Source: Candidatus Latescibacterota bacterium
GTDB taxonomy: Bacteria > Latescibacterota > UBA2968
Length of the DNA stretch: 64,000 nt
NCBI GenBank assembly: GCA_965222605.1
Contig: OZ244960.1
Location: 3,232,001-3,296,000, forward strand
Reading direction: 5' to 3'
In this document: positions 49,483 through 60,191 of the stretch, in pieces
Numbering within the stretch: position 1 is the first letter of the stretch
Layout: every line of letters begins with the position of its first letter
Program-made: the position numbers and the translations under genes
Notes under the pieces: model-generated
The model's input: the letters and a program-made list of their open reading frames with translations, nothing else
What the model was told of the DNA's origin: nothing
The model's database searches: none

Positions 49483-49877
49483 TGTTGAATATGTGATCGT
49501 GGGTGCTTACGCGCTTTCACATCATGGTGTACCGCGATACACCGGAGATTTGGACATTTTGATTCGGGCAGAAACCGAAAATGCGCGACGAATTTTAGAT
49601 GCTTTATCTGAATTTGGATTCGGAAATCTGGAATTGACATTGACAGACTTTACCATGCCCGATCATGTCATTCAACTTGGATATCCTCCCGTGCGTATTG
49701 ATCTGATTACGTCACACAGGTGTCTCATGGGAAGAAGTAGCAGAAAACAGGGAAACGGGAATATATGGCGGCATTGAGGTCTTTTATATCGGGCGACCTC
49801 AACTGGTGAAAAACAAACGTCTTACTGGTCGCCAAAAAGATTTGGCCGACCTGGAGGCACTCGAAGAAAGCGAATAA
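49430..49877 (+). pseudogene. Nucleotidyltransferase (DUF6036/AbiEii-like), frameshifted near 49715
   Basis: VGAYA..HG.PRYTGDLDI and PPVRIDLIT; continues in another frame as GVSWEE...LVKNKRLTGRQKDLADLEAL to TAA 49875-49877. Confidence 0.78.
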
Positions 49878-49907
49878 AGATCACCGATGTGCTGTTCTCC
49901 ATTGTAT

Positions 49908-49944
49908 AAAAAAGCCTTGCAGAATCCTCTGTGAGGCTTTTTTT
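49908..49944. terminator. Probable bidirectional terminator
   Basis: aaaaaagccttgcaga-atcc-tctgtgaggcttttttt. Confidence 0.7.
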
Positions 49945-49954
49945 ATTAATCTTT

Positions 49955-50073
49955 TCGAAATCGCCTATCAGACTGATAGCGATGGAGAAACTGCGTGTTC
50001 CTGTCCTGCCGTGTGCATCGGTGACAGTCACGGTAAGTGTGAAAGTGCCTCTCTGTGTTGGCGTGCCTTTCAT
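49955..50073 (-). pseudogene. Remnant of a putative-Ig (He_PIG) domain / dockerin junction
   Basis: GTPTQRGTFTLTVTVTDAHG..GTRSFSI..IGDF with no flanking coding context. Confidence 0.5.
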
Positions 50074-50219
50074 CGCTTCCTACAATATCCGTCTAATTCG
50101 ACCAGGTGCCGCCATTTTCTCTCTGCTGATATTGATACTTCTCGATGGCAGACCATGCAAAAGCCTCGTCTGACAAAGGTCAAACGGGGCTTTTAATATT
50201 GGCGGGTATATCTGCGGAC

Positions 50220-51371
50220 TCAAGCGTTTTTCAAGGCATTTACCGCTTCTATCAATCGCCGATCGGCTTTGTAGCGCAACTCTAAGATCGCGTCTATATC
50301 CGCCAGTGCGTTCGACTCGGCCTGCAGGCGGCATACGTCAATGCGGTCTGACAGGGCATTCATCACCAGGTCCAGCAACATCAAATCTGTGACATCGTCG
50401 GCAACCATACACTCATCTGCCAGAACTTTGCGGACCATTTCCAGGGGTTTTTTGAGTGCCTCGGCGTCTGGGATGGTTTCGCGGTTTCCATAGTTGACCA
50501 GTTCGGGCGACAAACTGCCGAGAAAGCCTTCGCTGATAAATTGCCGCGTTTTGTCTTCGGTCCACGATTGCGCCAATATTTGTGTCAGTTTGTTCGACGG
50601 TTGATCGGGTTTCTTTTCTCGACTGCGATCGCTTGTGCGCTTTGAAGACCGCTGCCTGTTCTGATTGCTTTGTTCGTTGCGCTGGCGTCCTTTAGGTTGG
50701 CGAGACACATTGCGCGGGTCTTCTTTTTTTGGTTCATTTCGCGTGTTTTGAGCGGGTGTTTCGGTTCGCGCTTGCGGTTGTGCTTCTGGCTCAGCAGATG
50801 CTTCAACGGGTTGCTCTTCTGCGTTCGCGTCCTGCCGTCGAGTGGGTTGGGCAGGTGTGGTTACGCCAACGCGGTCTTGCCAGCCGATTGGTGCCGACCG
50901 CCTTGTTCGACGCCCCCATTGCATTTCTTCGGTTTGTGCATCCTGGGGTGTTGCTTCTCCAGTTTTTTGGTCTTGTGCAACAATTGCTTCGGTCTTTTCG
51001 GTCTCTCTGCGCTGTCTGGATGGCGGCGATGAAATCACCGTGCGCTCTTCCTGTTCGGCTGGCATTTCAGCCTTTTTCGCAGGCTTTTTGGCTTTCTGCA
51101 CAGGCTTTTTGGCTGATTGCTTTTTCGCTGTTTTTTTAGATGGCTGCTTTTTCGCAGGTTTTTTGGACGACCGTTTTTTCGATACACGCGGCGCAGGAGA
51201 TTTGGTGCTTTCAGACGTTTGTTTTTTTTCAGTCGTACGCGTTTTCTTAGCTGGCTTTTTGGCTGTTTTTTTTGTTGCCTGCTTTTTTGACGGACGTTTT
51301 GCTTTTTTTGCTGTGGATGTCGCGCCTTGAGTTTCTCGAGGTTCATCAGCCTGGGGTTTCGTTTTTGCCAT
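50220..51371 (-). CDS. Hypothetical protein with histone-H1-like Lys/Ala-rich disordered N-terminus and helical C-terminal domain
   Basis: KKxAKK repeats; AAGGA RBS before MAKTK. Confidence 0.75.
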   Translation of the reverse strand: MAKTKPQADEPRETQGATSTAKKAKRPSKKQATKKTAKKPAKKTRTTEKKQTSESTKSPAPRVSKKRSSKKPAKKQPSKKTAKKQSAKKPVQKAKKPAKKAEMPAEQEERTVISSPPSRQRRETEKTEAIVAQDQKTGEATPQDAQTEEMQWGRRTRRSAPIGWQDRVGVTTPAQPTRRQDANAEEQPVEASAEPEAQPQARTETPAQNTRNEPKKEDPRNVSRQPKGRQRNEQSNQNRQRSSKRTSDRSREKKPDQPSNKLTQILAQSWTEDKTRQFISEGFLGSLSPELVNYGNRETIPDAEALKKPLEMVRKVLADECMVADDVTDLMLLDLVMNALSDRIDVCRLQAESNALADIDAILELRYKADRRLIEAVNALKNA

Positions 51372-51455
51372 ACTATCCTTTCGCAAATGGGTTGCTCAAA
51401 TTTGGTTTAAGTCTATGCATAATATAGACAAAACTTCCCATAAATTCAAACAAAC

Positions 51456-51488
51456 AAAAAAAAGGGGCTGACCAACGGTCAGCCCCTT
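51456..51488 (-). terminator. groEL intrinsic terminator
   Basis: aaggggctgacc-aac-ggtcagcccctt with a T-tract on the minus strand. Confidence 0.9.
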
Positions 51489-51519
51489 GCGGAGGTTGAG
51501 CATATTTTGACAGCTCAAT

Positions 51520-53139
51520 TTAGTGCATGTGCCCGTGATCGTGGGCGGGCGCAGCACCTTGATTTTCTTCCGGCTTATCTGTCACCAGGGCTTCTGTTGT
51601 CAACAACAACCCGGCTATTGATGCGGCATTTTCTATCGCGGTACGCACCACTTTTGTGGGATCGATCACACCGGAATCTACCAGGTTTTCATATTCCTCG
51701 GTGCGTGCATTAAACCCATAAGCGCCTTCGCCTTCGGTCACTTTTTGCACGACAAGGCTGCCTTCTAAGCCGGCATTGTCGGCGATCTGACGCAGCGGGG
51801 CTTGCAGTGCGCGACGCACGATATCTACGCCTGTGCTCTGGTCGCCATGCACACTTGTTTCGTCTAATGCGTCAAGACTGCGCAGGAGAGCGACCCCCCC
51901 GCCGGGCACAATGCCTTCTTCAACTGCAGCACGCACGGAGTGGAGTGCGTCTTCGACGCGGGCTTTCTTTTCTTTCATTTCTGTTTCGGTTGCCGCACCA
52001 ACGTTGATGACGGCCACACCACCGGCCAATTTCGCCAATCGCTCTTCGAGTTTTTCGCGGTCATAGTCAGAGGTCGTGTCTTCAATCTGCCGACGAATCT
52101 GACTTGTTTGGCCTTGAATATCGGCTATAGACCCCGCACCTTCTACGATTGTGGTGTTGTCTTTGTCGATTACCACGCGCTTGGCCTGCCCGAGATCGCT
52201 AAGTTCGACGTTTTCGAGCTTGATGCCGAGATCTTCCGTAATCACGCGCCCACTTGTTAGCACGGCGAGATCACCCAACATCTCTTTGCGGCGGTCGCCA
52301 TATCCCGGTGCTTTTACCGCACAGGCAGCGAGGGTGCCGCGCACTTTGTTGACGACAAAAGTGGCGAGAGCTTCACCTTCAACATCTTCGGCGATTACCA
52401 GGAGCGGCTTGCCTGTGCCGGCGACTTTTTCGAGCAAGGGCAATAAGTCGTTCATGTTTGACAACTTTGCCTCGTGGATGAGGATCAGCGCGTCTTCCAG
52501 TATGGCTTCCATGTTTTCTTGATCGGTCACAAAATAGGGCGATAGATAACCGCGGTCAAACTGCATCCCTTCGACCACGTCCAACGTTGTCTCGATGCTC
52601 TTGGCCTCTTCGACTGTGATGGTGCCGTCTTTGCCGACTTTGTCCATTGCATCGGCTATAATCTCGCCGATGCTGCTGTCGCTGTTGGCGGAAATTGTCC
52701 CTACTTGTGTGATTGAATTGCGGTCTTTTACCGGTTGGCTCTGGCTTTCCAATGCTTTGACCACGGCTTCAACGGCCGCATCAATACCGCGCTTGAGGTC
52801 CATTGGGTTGGCCCCGGCGGTCACATTGCGCAAGCCTTCACGGAAGATCGCTTCGGCGAGTACTGTCGCTGTGGTTGTGCCGTCGCCTGCAATGTCAGAA
52901 GTCTTGGAGGCGACTTCTTTGACCATCTGCACACCCATGTTTTCGTAAGCGTCTGGGAGTTCGATTTCTTTTGCAACGGTCACGCCGTCTTTTGTCACGG
53001 TGGGAGATCCCCAGGATTTGGCGACAACCACATTTCGTCCAGCAGGTCCCAACGTGGCCTTCACGGCCTTGCTCAAGAGCGTTACACCATCCAGAATACG
53101 CCCGCGAGCATCTATTCCATAGGCAATTTGCTTTGCCAT
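51520..53139 (-). CDS. groEL: Chaperonin GroEL
   Basis: [39 protein letters not shown] and GIVPGGG. Confidence 0.99.
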   Translation of the reverse strand: MAKQIAYGIDARGRILDGVTLLSKAVKATLGPAGRNVVVAKSWGSPTVTKDGVTVAKEIELPDAYENMGVQMVKEVASKTSDIAGDGTTTATVLAEAIFREGLRNVTAGANPMDLKRGIDAAVEAVVKALESQSQPVKDRNSITQVGTISANSDSSIGEIIADAMDKVGKDGTITVEEAKSIETTLDVVEGMQFDRGYLSPYFVTDQENMEAILEDALILIHEAKLSNMNDLLPLLEKVAGTGKPLLVIAEDVEGEALATFVVNKVRGTLAACAVKAPGYGDRRKEMLGDLAVLTSGRVITEDLGIKLENVELSDLGQAKRVVIDKDNTTIVEGAGSIADIQGQTSQIRRQIEDTTSDYDREKLEERLAKLAGGVAVINVGAATETEMKEKKARVEDALHSVRAAVEEGIVPGGGVALLRSLDALDETSVHGDQSTGVDIVRRALQAPLRQIADNAGLEGSLVVQKVTEGEGAYGFNARTEEYENLVDSGVIDPTKVVRTAIENAASIAGLLLTTEALVTDKPEENQGAAPAHDHGHMH

Positions 53140-53154
53140 AATATCAATCTCCTT

Positions 53155-53442
53155 CTACTGAATAATGCCCAATACGTCATCTTCGTTTACGATCACGTAA
53201 TCATCGCCGTCAACTTCAATTTCTGTGCCGGCGTATTTGCCAATCAAAATTTTTTCCCCAGATTTTACCGCTGGCACGATCACGTCGCCATTTTTGTTGC
53301 GTTTGCCCGGGCCAACGGCAATGACTTCTGCTTCCTGAGGCGTTTCTTTCGCGGTATCGGGGATGATAATGCCTCCCTTCACTTGCTCTTCAGCATCCAC
53401 CCGTCGCACCAGAATGCGATCGGAAAGCGGACGGACATTCAT
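53155..53442 (-). CDS. groES: Co-chaperonin GroES
   Basis: RPLSDRILV, GGIIIPDTAKE, AVGPG and KYAGTE; AAGGAGG RBS. Confidence 0.98.
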   Translation of the reverse strand: MNVRPLSDRILVRRVDAEEQVKGGIIIPDTAKETPQEAEVIAVGPGKRNKNGDVIVPAVKSGEKILIGKYAGTEIEVDGDDYVIVNEDDVLGIIQ

Positions 53443-53492
53443 GAGAACCCTCCTTGAAAAACAGTTGGTTAAGTGTAATTTTTTATGTGTTG

Positions 53493-53519
53493 TTAGCACT
53501 CTATTATTTCGAGTGCTAA
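53493..53519. promoter_or_regulatory. CIRCE element (HrcA operator)
   Basis: Perfect TTAGCACTC-N9-GAGTGCTAA upstream of groES. Confidence 0.97.
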
Positions 53520-53568
53520 GGGCGGGAAAATATACAGAAGCACCAATATTTGCGCAAGTGTAAAAGGG

Positions 53569-54039
53569 CTAAATATCAACCAGCTTTGTTTTTTTTTCAG
53601 CCAATACTTTTTCAAGATGATCAATTTGCTCTTTGAGCAATTCGGGTTTTTCCGGCGCGCCTGTTTCTTCCGGTGGCGGCGGTATTTCAGCCGGCAAATG
53701 CGCATCTTCCCAGTCTCCGTATCCGCCGTCCATCGAAATCACGTTTTCGTATCCCATGGCTTGCAAGGTTTCGCCAGCTAAGAGGGATCGCACGCCGCCT
53801 GCACAGATTACAATTACTTCACGCGATTTGTCGGGCATTGCCGCTTCTGCCCTGGGTTCTAATTCACCGCGCGGTATGTGTACAGACCCTTTCAGGTGCC
53901 CGCGTTCCCATTCATCCAGTCCTCGCACGTCAAGTAATACGGGATCATTGCCCTCTTTTAGATACTCATGTACTTCCTGTACGGTCATTTCCGGAATATT
54001 TTGACGCGCATCATCCAACAAATTTTCACGCGACTTCAT
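53569..54039 (-). CDS. Rhodanese-domain protein
   Basis: LLDVR..EWERGHL.G, CAGGVRS active-site loop and MDGGY..W; C-terminal coiled coil. Confidence 0.9.
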   Translation of the reverse strand: MKSRENLLDDARQNIPEMTVQEVHEYLKEGNDPVLLDVRGLDEWERGHLKGSVHIPRGELEPRAEAAMPDKSREVIVICAGGVRSLLAGETLQAMGYENVISMDGGYGDWEDAHLPAEIPPPPEETGAPEKPELLKEQIDHLEKVLAEKKTKLVDI

Positions 54040-54061
54040 AGACTTATCTCCTTATTGCTTC

Positions 54062-57000
54062 TCAAGCTCTTCCATGGCAGTGTTTGTACTTTTTTCTACT
54101 TCCGCACGGACATGGCGCGTTTCGCCCTACCTTTTTTTCAACGCGCACCGGCTGTTTTTTTGGCTCATTGCCTTCTGTAGAATTGGCGGTCAATTCATCG
54201 GCACCCGGTTCGGGCATGCCGGCAAAGCCCATTCCCGTGGCATCGCGGTGCTCCAATGACAGGCGTGCGGGCTGTTGGGTGCGCGGTTGTGCGGGTGTTT
54301 CTTCAATAGAAATGCGGAATAACAATCGCAATGTTTCGCGGTTGATGTCTTCGAGCAATGCCACAAACATTTCATAACCTTCGCGCTTGTATTCGATCAA
54401 TGGATTTTTTTGTCCATAACCGCGAAGGCCAATGCCCTCTTTCAGATCGTCCATCTCGCGGAGGTGTTCTTTCCACTTTTCGTCAAAGACGCTCAGGTAA
54501 ATCATGCGTTCTATCTGGCGCATGCGGTCTTCCCCAAGGACCCTTTCGCGGCGATCATAAGCCTCGCGAATCCCGCGCAACACGCGATCTCGCAAACCCG
54601 CTTCGCGCAATTGGGGCAGATCTTCATCGGGTATGACGGGTGCTTGCAAAAACACATTGCGCAAATCTTCCATCAAGCCATCAAAATTCCAGTCTTCGGG
54701 ATGTGCGTCGGGCGGTATATGAATATCGAGTAGTGCATCGACGGTTTCGTCGATCATTTCGCTGATCATCGCCGAGATATCTTCTTCTTCCAGCGCGTGT
54801 CTGCGTCTGTCGTAAATTACTTCGCGCTGTTGATTCATTACGTCGTCGTAATCCAGCACCTGTTTTCGAAATTCAAAATTGCGCGCTTCAACCCGTTTTT
54901 GCGCGGTCCCAATGGACTTTGTCACCCAGCTGTGTTCGATCACTTCGCCTTCTTCGGCTCCCAGGCGGTCCATGACACGGGCAATGCGCTCGGATCCAAA
55001 CAAACGCATCAAATCGTCTTCCAGTGAAATGAAAAACCGCGAGCTTCCCGGGTCTCCTTGCCGCCCAGAGCGACCGCGCAACTGCCGATCTATGCGCCGG
55101 GATTCGTGTCGTTCGGTGCCGATGATAGTCATGCCACACGGGACTTCATCCCGACACCCGTACTCGTCTATGTAAGGACACAGAGGCTGGGTGTTATCGG
55201 GATCTGCAATCAATGCACACTGATGTCCTTCGGGTGCTTTTACGATGCCGAGTCCCAGTTTGATATCTGTACCGCGCCCGGCCATATTGGTTGCAATTGT
55301 CACCGCGCCCGGTTGCCCGGCTTGCGCGATGATCTGCGCTTCTTGTACATTTTGTCGGGCATTGAGCACCTGGTGTTTGATTTTTTTGCGCGCGAGCATC
55401 CGCGAAATCAACTCGGAGGTTTCAACGGAAATCGTGCCGACCAGGACCGGCAATTTTTGCTCGTGCAGATGCTCAATTTCATCGATTAGGGCATTGTATT
55501 TTTCGCGTTTTGTGCGATAGATCCAGTCGTTAGAATCGATGCGGCGCACCGGCTCATGCGTTGGGATTGCCACCACATCGAGCTTGTAGATTTGATGAAA
55601 TTCTACGGCTTCTGTCTCGGCAGTACCCGTCATTCCCGCCAATCGGTCATAGAGCCTGAAATAATTTTGCAATGTAATGGTTGCCACCGTTTGCGTGTCG
55701 CGTTCGACCTTCACCTTTTCTTTGGCTTCCAATGCCTGGTGCAAACCGTCGGCAAAACGGCGTCCGGGCTGTGGTCGTCCCGTATATTCATCGATGATGA
55801 CAACTTTGCCGTCGTCGATCATATATTGCACATCTTTTTCGTACAGAGAATAGGCTTGCAACAGCTTTCGCACGCTGTGGATAGATTCATTTTTTTGAGC
55901 GTAATCCTGATAGGCGGCTTCCTTTGCCTGGTCTTGTTCCGCGTCTGACAGCGATTTGTTCTGTTCGATATCCTGAAGCACTTCATCCAGATCGGGCAAT
56001 ACAAAGTCGTCTGGGTTGTGGCTTATTTCGTCGCGTCCATTTTCGGTTAGATCGATGATATGGCTTTTTTCATCGATGCTAAAATAAAGGTCTTCGTCCA
56101 GTTCTCCCGTGCGCTTGTCGCGGATATAATCGGCTTCAACCCGCTGCACGAGGCGCTTGATGCCCTCTTCCTGAAGTCGCTTCATGAAGCGCCTGTTTTT
56201 GGGCATTCCGCGCTGAACCTGCAATAACAAAATGCCGCCCTCGTATTCATCTCCGGCCTCGAGTTCTTCTTCTGCTTGCTTTAAAGTATTATTTACGATT
56301 TGGGTTTGCGTGCGCACCAATTTTTCGACCAGCGGGCGCATTTCTTCATACCGATGCGATGTGGATTCTGACACTGGTCCCGAAATAATCAGCGGCGTGC
56401 GCGCCTCGTCAATCAGGATGCTATCTACTTCGTCAATAATTGCAAAATAGTGCTCGCGCTGTATCAAATCTTCGGGGCGAATCGCCATGTTATCGTAGAG
56501 GTAATCAAAACCAAACTGGTCTTTTGTGCCGTACACGATATCCATAAGACAGGCGTCTTTGTGGTCGCACACGCGCATGCGATACCCATCTTCGCCCTCT
56601 TCTTCCATAATAAAACCTTCCACACCCAAGGCGCGGTCCTGTATCACGCCTACGGTGAGGCCCAGGAACAAATACACGGGTCCCAGCCACATGGCGTCGC
56701 GCTTGGCCAGGTAGGAGTTTACGGTGACGAGATGTACACCGTGCCCGAGCAAGCCATTCAGGTACAAAGCCAGGCCCGCGGCCAGTGTCTTGCCTTCGCC
56801 CGTGGCCATTTCGGCGATCTTGCCCTGATGCAATACGGTCGCACCGACCAATTGCACGTCGTAGGGTATTTCATGCCATTCGATTTGATCGCCAGCCCGA
56901 TCCCAGGATTTGCGCCGCTCCTTGAAGCGGCGGCACGTTTCCTTAAAGACAGCATAAGCTTCTGGGTGAATTTCATCGAGTACATCGCGCTCAATATCCT

Positions 57001-57280
57001 TGATTTCGGTTTCGACTTCGGCAATGGTTTCCAATTGTTCGGTGCGGTCTTCGTCTCGCTGCAACGCGGCCAATTCTTCTTTGAGCTGAATGAGATGTTT
57101 TTGAGTATCATCAGTCGCTTCGGCAATGCGCGTGCGGAACTCCGTTGTTTTGTCTTTTAATGCCTCGTCGGACAAAGAGGCATATTCTTTGTAGAATTGA
57201 TTGATTTCATCCACAACCGGTTGCATCTTTTTGACATCCCGATCGTGTTTGCTGCCGAAAATTTTTGTCAGGAAATTCAT
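54062..57280 (-). CDS. secA: Preprotein translocase ATPase SecA
   Basis: EMATGEGKT, DEVDSILIDEARTP, TNMAGRGTDI, RHESRRIDRQLRGRSGRQGDPG and SEC-C CPCGSRKKYKHCH. Confidence 0.99.
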   Translation of the reverse strand: MNFLTKIFGSKHDRDVKKMQPVVDEINQFYKEYASLSDEALKDKTTEFRTRIAEATDDTQKHLIQLKEELAALQRDEDRTEQLETIAEVETEIKDIERDVLDEIHPEAYAVFKETCRRFKERRKSWDRAGDQIEWHEIPYDVQLVGATVLHQGKIAEMATGEGKTLAAGLALYLNGLLGHGVHLVTVNSYLAKRDAMWLGPVYLFLGLTVGVIQDRALGVEGFIMEEEGEDGYRMRVCDHKDACLMDIVYGTKDQFGFDYLYDNMAIRPEDLIQREHYFAIIDEVDSILIDEARTPLIISGPVSESTSHRYEEMRPLVEKLVRTQTQIVNNTLKQAEEELEAGDEYEGGILLLQVQRGMPKNRRFMKRLQEEGIKRLVQRVEADYIRDKRTGELDEDLYFSIDEKSHIIDLTENGRDEISHNPDDFVLPDLDEVLQDIEQNKSLSDAEQDQAKEAAYQDYAQKNESIHSVRKLLQAYSLYEKDVQYMIDDGKVVIIDEYTGRPQPGRRFADGLHQALEAKEKVKVERDTQTVATITLQNYFRLYDRLAGMTGTAETEAVEFHQIYKLDVVAIPTHEPVRRIDSNDWIYRTKREKYNALIDEIEHLHEQKLPVLVGTISVETSELISRMLARKKIKHQVLNARQNVQEAQIIAQAGQPGAVTIATNMAGRGTDIKLGLGIVKAPEGHQCALIADPDNTQPLCPYIDEYGCRDEVPCGMTIIGTERHESRRIDRQLRGRSGRQGDPGSSRFFISLEDDLMRLFGSERIARVMDRLGAEEGEVIEHSWVTKSIGTAQKRVEARNFEFRKQVLDYDDVMNQQREVIYDRRRHALEEEDISAMISEMIDETVDALLDIHIPPDAHPEDWNFDGLMEDLRNVFLQAPVIPDEDLPQLREAGLRDRVLRGIREAYDRRERVLGEDRMRQIERMIYLSVFDEKWKEHLREMDDLKEGIGLRGYGQKNPLIEYKREGYEMFVALLEDINRETLRLLFRISIEETPAQPRTQQPARLSLEHRDATGMGFAGMPEPGADELTANSTEGNEPKKQPVRVEKKVGRNAPCPCGSRKKYKHCHGRA

Positions 57281-57308
57281 TGTGATTTATCCTGTGGATA
57301 ATGAGGTG

Positions 57309-58058
57309 TTACATCCCCAATTCAATGCGCTCGGCCAAAAAAGGCGGAAGTCCCGCCGATAGAATTTTGGCCTGTGCTGCTGCCACATCGTAAGACACGC
57401 GGCGCAATTGGAGGTTCCCTTTTTCTCGATCCCATACGACAAAAGCCGCCCGCGCATCGCCGTCGCGAGGTTGTCCCACACTGCCGACATTTACGAGGTA
57501 GCGGTCATTATCGGACAACTGCACTTCTCCTTCGCGCATAAGCACTGTTTTTTGAGATGCCGAGCACACAAATGCGCGGTGAGAATGACCCACAAAACAC
57601 ATCTCAAAGTCGGTTTGAGCGAGCATTGACCAGCCATCTTCGGGGTCGAACAAATAGTGCCACAACTCGGGTTCAATTGGCGAAGCGTGGGCATAACAAC
57701 AAGCAGATTCATTTTGAAAGGGTTGGTAAGATCGCAATAGCGAGGCGTTTTCATCACTCAGCATCTGAACGGTCCATTGTATTGCCGCCAGTGCCACGGG
57801 GTTAAAAAATCCCGGATCTTCCAGGCCCACAGCTGCCCAATCGTGATTGCCCGCCAGCACGAGGTCCGATACTTCGCGCACGCGTTCTATACACATATTG
57901 GGGTCTGCGCCGTATCCAACTATATCGCCCAAACAAATAATTCGATCTACCTGTGCTTCTGCAATTTTTCCCAGCACGGTTTGCAAGGCTTCGAGGTTTC
58001 CGTGTACATCTGAAAAAATCGCAATACGTCCAATACTATCCATTGGGTTATTCCGCAT
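57309..58058 (-). CDS. Metallophosphoesterase family protein
   Basis: SDVHGN, LGDIVGYG, GNHD, GHSH and NVGSVGQPRD. Confidence 0.93.
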   Translation of the reverse strand: MRNNPMDSIGRIAIFSDVHGNLEALQTVLGKIAEAQVDRIICLGDIVGYGADPNMCIERVREVSDLVLAGNHDWAAVGLEDPGFFNPVALAAIQWTVQMLSDENASLLRSYQPFQNESACCYAHASPIEPELWHYLFDPEDGWSMLAQTDFEMCFVGHSHRAFVCSASQKTVLMREGEVQLSDNDRYLVNVGSVGQPRDGDARAAFVVWDREKGNLQLRRVSYDVAAAQAKILSAGLPPFLAERIELGM

Positions 58059-58065
58059 TCATCAG

Positions 58066-58467
58066 CTATTCTTTGGACAGGGTGTCGAGAATACCATTGA
58101 TAAAGTTAGAAGCATTGGCTTCGCTAAATAGCTTGGCCAGCTCTATGGCCTCGTCAATAGAGACTTTGTAGGGAATATCTTCGAAATAGCGCATTTCCGC
58201 AAGTGCCATCCAGAGCACGATGCGATCGATGCGCGAGACCCGGTCTAATGACCAATTTTCCAGCACGGGTTCAATGGATGCGTCCAGTTCTTCGCGGTGT
58301 TCCCAGGCTGTTTGGGCCAGATTTATCGCAAAATTCGAGGTTGATGCCGAAAGGCGTGCGCGGATGCACATGGTCTGCGCTGTCTGTTGTACTGGGTCGC
58401 CCACACTTGCGGTCCAATAAAGTGCTTGCAACGCAGCCCGACGCGCTTTGCGTCTCGATTTTATCAT
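58066..58467 (-). CDS. nusB: Transcription antitermination factor NusB
   Basis: [30 protein letters not shown] and FINGILD; follows ribH. Confidence 0.96.
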   Translation of the reverse strand: MIKSRRKARRAALQALYWTASVGDPVQQTAQTMCIRARLSASTSNFAINLAQTAWEHREELDASIEPVLENWSLDRVSRIDRIVLWMALAEMRYFEDIPYKVSIDEAIELAKLFSEANASNFINGILDTLSKE

Positions 58468-58940
58468 TTTTTTGCCTCCCAGGCTGCGATAACCCCAATC
58501 ATTTCAATTGCGCCCAGCGCGGCTTCCCAACCCTTATTGCCGGCTTTTGTACCCGCCCGCTCAATCGCCTGTTCAATGGTATTGGTTGTCAAAATGCCAA
58601 ATATGGTAGGCACACCTGTTTCGCGACCAACAGCTGCCACGCCTTTTGCGGCTTCATTGCATACGTAGTCAAAATGCGGTGTGCTGCCTCTGATTACTGC
58701 GCCCAGACAGATAAGCGCGTCATATCGACCGCTTTGCGCCATTTTTTGTGCTATTGTGGGAATTTCAAAACTACCCGGTACCCACACCACGTCTATGGCA
58801 TCTATATCGCCACCGTGTCGCGCAATACAATCGAGCGCGCCGCCGAGCAATTCTTTGCTGATAAACGCATTGAATCGCCCTACTACAATGCCAAATCGTT
58901 TGCCTTCTGCCGATAGCTGACCTTCATAAACTTTGGGCAT
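58464..58940 (-). CDS. ribH: 6,7-dimethyl-8-ribityllumazine synthase
   Basis: [25 protein letters not shown] and [11 protein letters not shown]. Confidence 0.98.
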   Translation of the reverse strand: MPKVYEGQLSAEGKRFGIVVGRFNAFISKELLGGALDCIARHGGDIDAIDVVWVPGSFEIPTIAQKMAQSGRYDALICLGAVIRGSTPHFDYVCNEAAKGVAAVGRETGVPTIFGILTTNTIEQAIERAGTKAGNKGWEAALGAIEMIGVIAAWEAKK

Positions 58941-60180
58941 CGCGATCTCCTTCTTCGCCTAATTGCAATTCGTCCTCTTTAAATAAATGCCCCATCTTTT
59001 CCTGCTTGGTTCGCATATATGTCAAATTCCACTTGTTGACTTGAATAGCGACGGGGATGCGGTCTATAATTTCTATCCCATACGCTTCCAATCCCACGCG
59101 TTTTGATGGGTTATTGGTGATGAGTACGACTTTTCTGATCCCCAAATCCGACAAAATTTGCGCGCCAATGCCGTAGTCTCGTTCGTCCATTTTAAACCCG
59201 AGTTTCAAGTTGGCTTCTACAGTATCATATCCCTCTTCCTGCAGTTTGTACGCATGCAATTTTGCCCGCAGGCCAATACCTCGTCCTTCCTGCCGCATAT
59301 ACACCAGTGCTCCGCGTCCTTCTTTTTCGATCATCTCGAGTGCGGAGTGTAAGTTTTTCTCGCAATCACATCGCAATGAGCCGAGTGAGTCACCCGTCAA
59401 GCACTCGGAATGCATCCGCACCATTACGGGCGCGTCATCGGAAAGGTCGCCTTTTACCAGTGCGACGTGCTCGCGTTCATCCACATCGCTTTCATACAGG
59501 TGCAACTGAAAGGCACCAAATCGCGTGGGCATATCCACTTGCTCGACACAGCGCACCAGTTTTTCGGAACGGCGGCGATAGGCAATCAGATCGTGAATTG
59601 TCGTCACTTTCAAGCCGAATTGATCGGCAATTTTCAGAAGTTGTGGCAAGCGGGCCATGGTGCCATCTTCGTTCAGGATTTCACACAGTACACCGGCGGG
59701 ATACAGGCCGGCCAAACGCGCCAGATCTACTGCTGCTTCTGTGTGTCCCGCCCGTCGCAACACTCCGCCGGGCATTGCGCGCAGTGGAAAAATGTGCCCG
59801 GGTCGGCCAAAATTTTCAGACCGCGATTTGGGATCTACAAATTGTCGAATTGTTTCCGCTCGATCATGTGCGGAAATACCGGTCGTCACACCGTAGAGTG
59901 CGTCGAGGCTCACCGTGAATGGCGTGCCGTGAAGTGCTGTATTGGTATTGACCATCATGTCCAGGTCGAGTTCTTTGAGGCGGTCGGGTGTTGCGGGCAA
60001 GCAGACCAGTCCGCGTCCATGGCGCGCCATAAAATTAATGGACTCAGATGTTACTTTTTCTGCCGCCATAATAAAATCGCCTTCATTTTCCCGGTCTTCG
60101 TCATCAACGACAATGACGATTTTTCCCGCTTGAATATCTTCGAGGGCGTCTTCGATTTTTGCGATTTTGCCCATACACAC
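58924..60180 (-). CDS. ribBA: Bifunctional DHBP synthase / GTP cyclohydrolase II
   Basis: [40 protein letters not shown] and TNNP. Confidence 0.98.
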   Translation of the reverse strand: MCMGKIAKIEDALEDIQAGKIVIVVDDEDRENEGDFIMAAEKVTSESINFMARHGRGLVCLPATPDRLKELDLDMMVNTNTALHGTPFTVSLDALYGVTTGISAHDRAETIRQFVDPKSRSENFGRPGHIFPLRAMPGGVLRRAGHTEAAVDLARLAGLYPAGVLCEILNEDGTMARLPQLLKIADQFGLKVTTIHDLIAYRRRSEKLVRCVEQVDMPTRFGAFQLHLYESDVDEREHVALVKGDLSDDAPVMVRMHSECLTGDSLGSLRCDCEKNLHSALEMIEKEGRGALVYMRQEGRGIGLRAKLHAYKLQEEGYDTVEANLKLGFKMDERDYGIGAQILSDLGIRKVVLITNNPSKRVGLEAYGIEIIDRIPVAIQVNKWNLTYMRTKQEKMGHLFKEDELQLGEEGDRDAQSL

Positions 60181-60191
60181 CTTCCTGTAAA

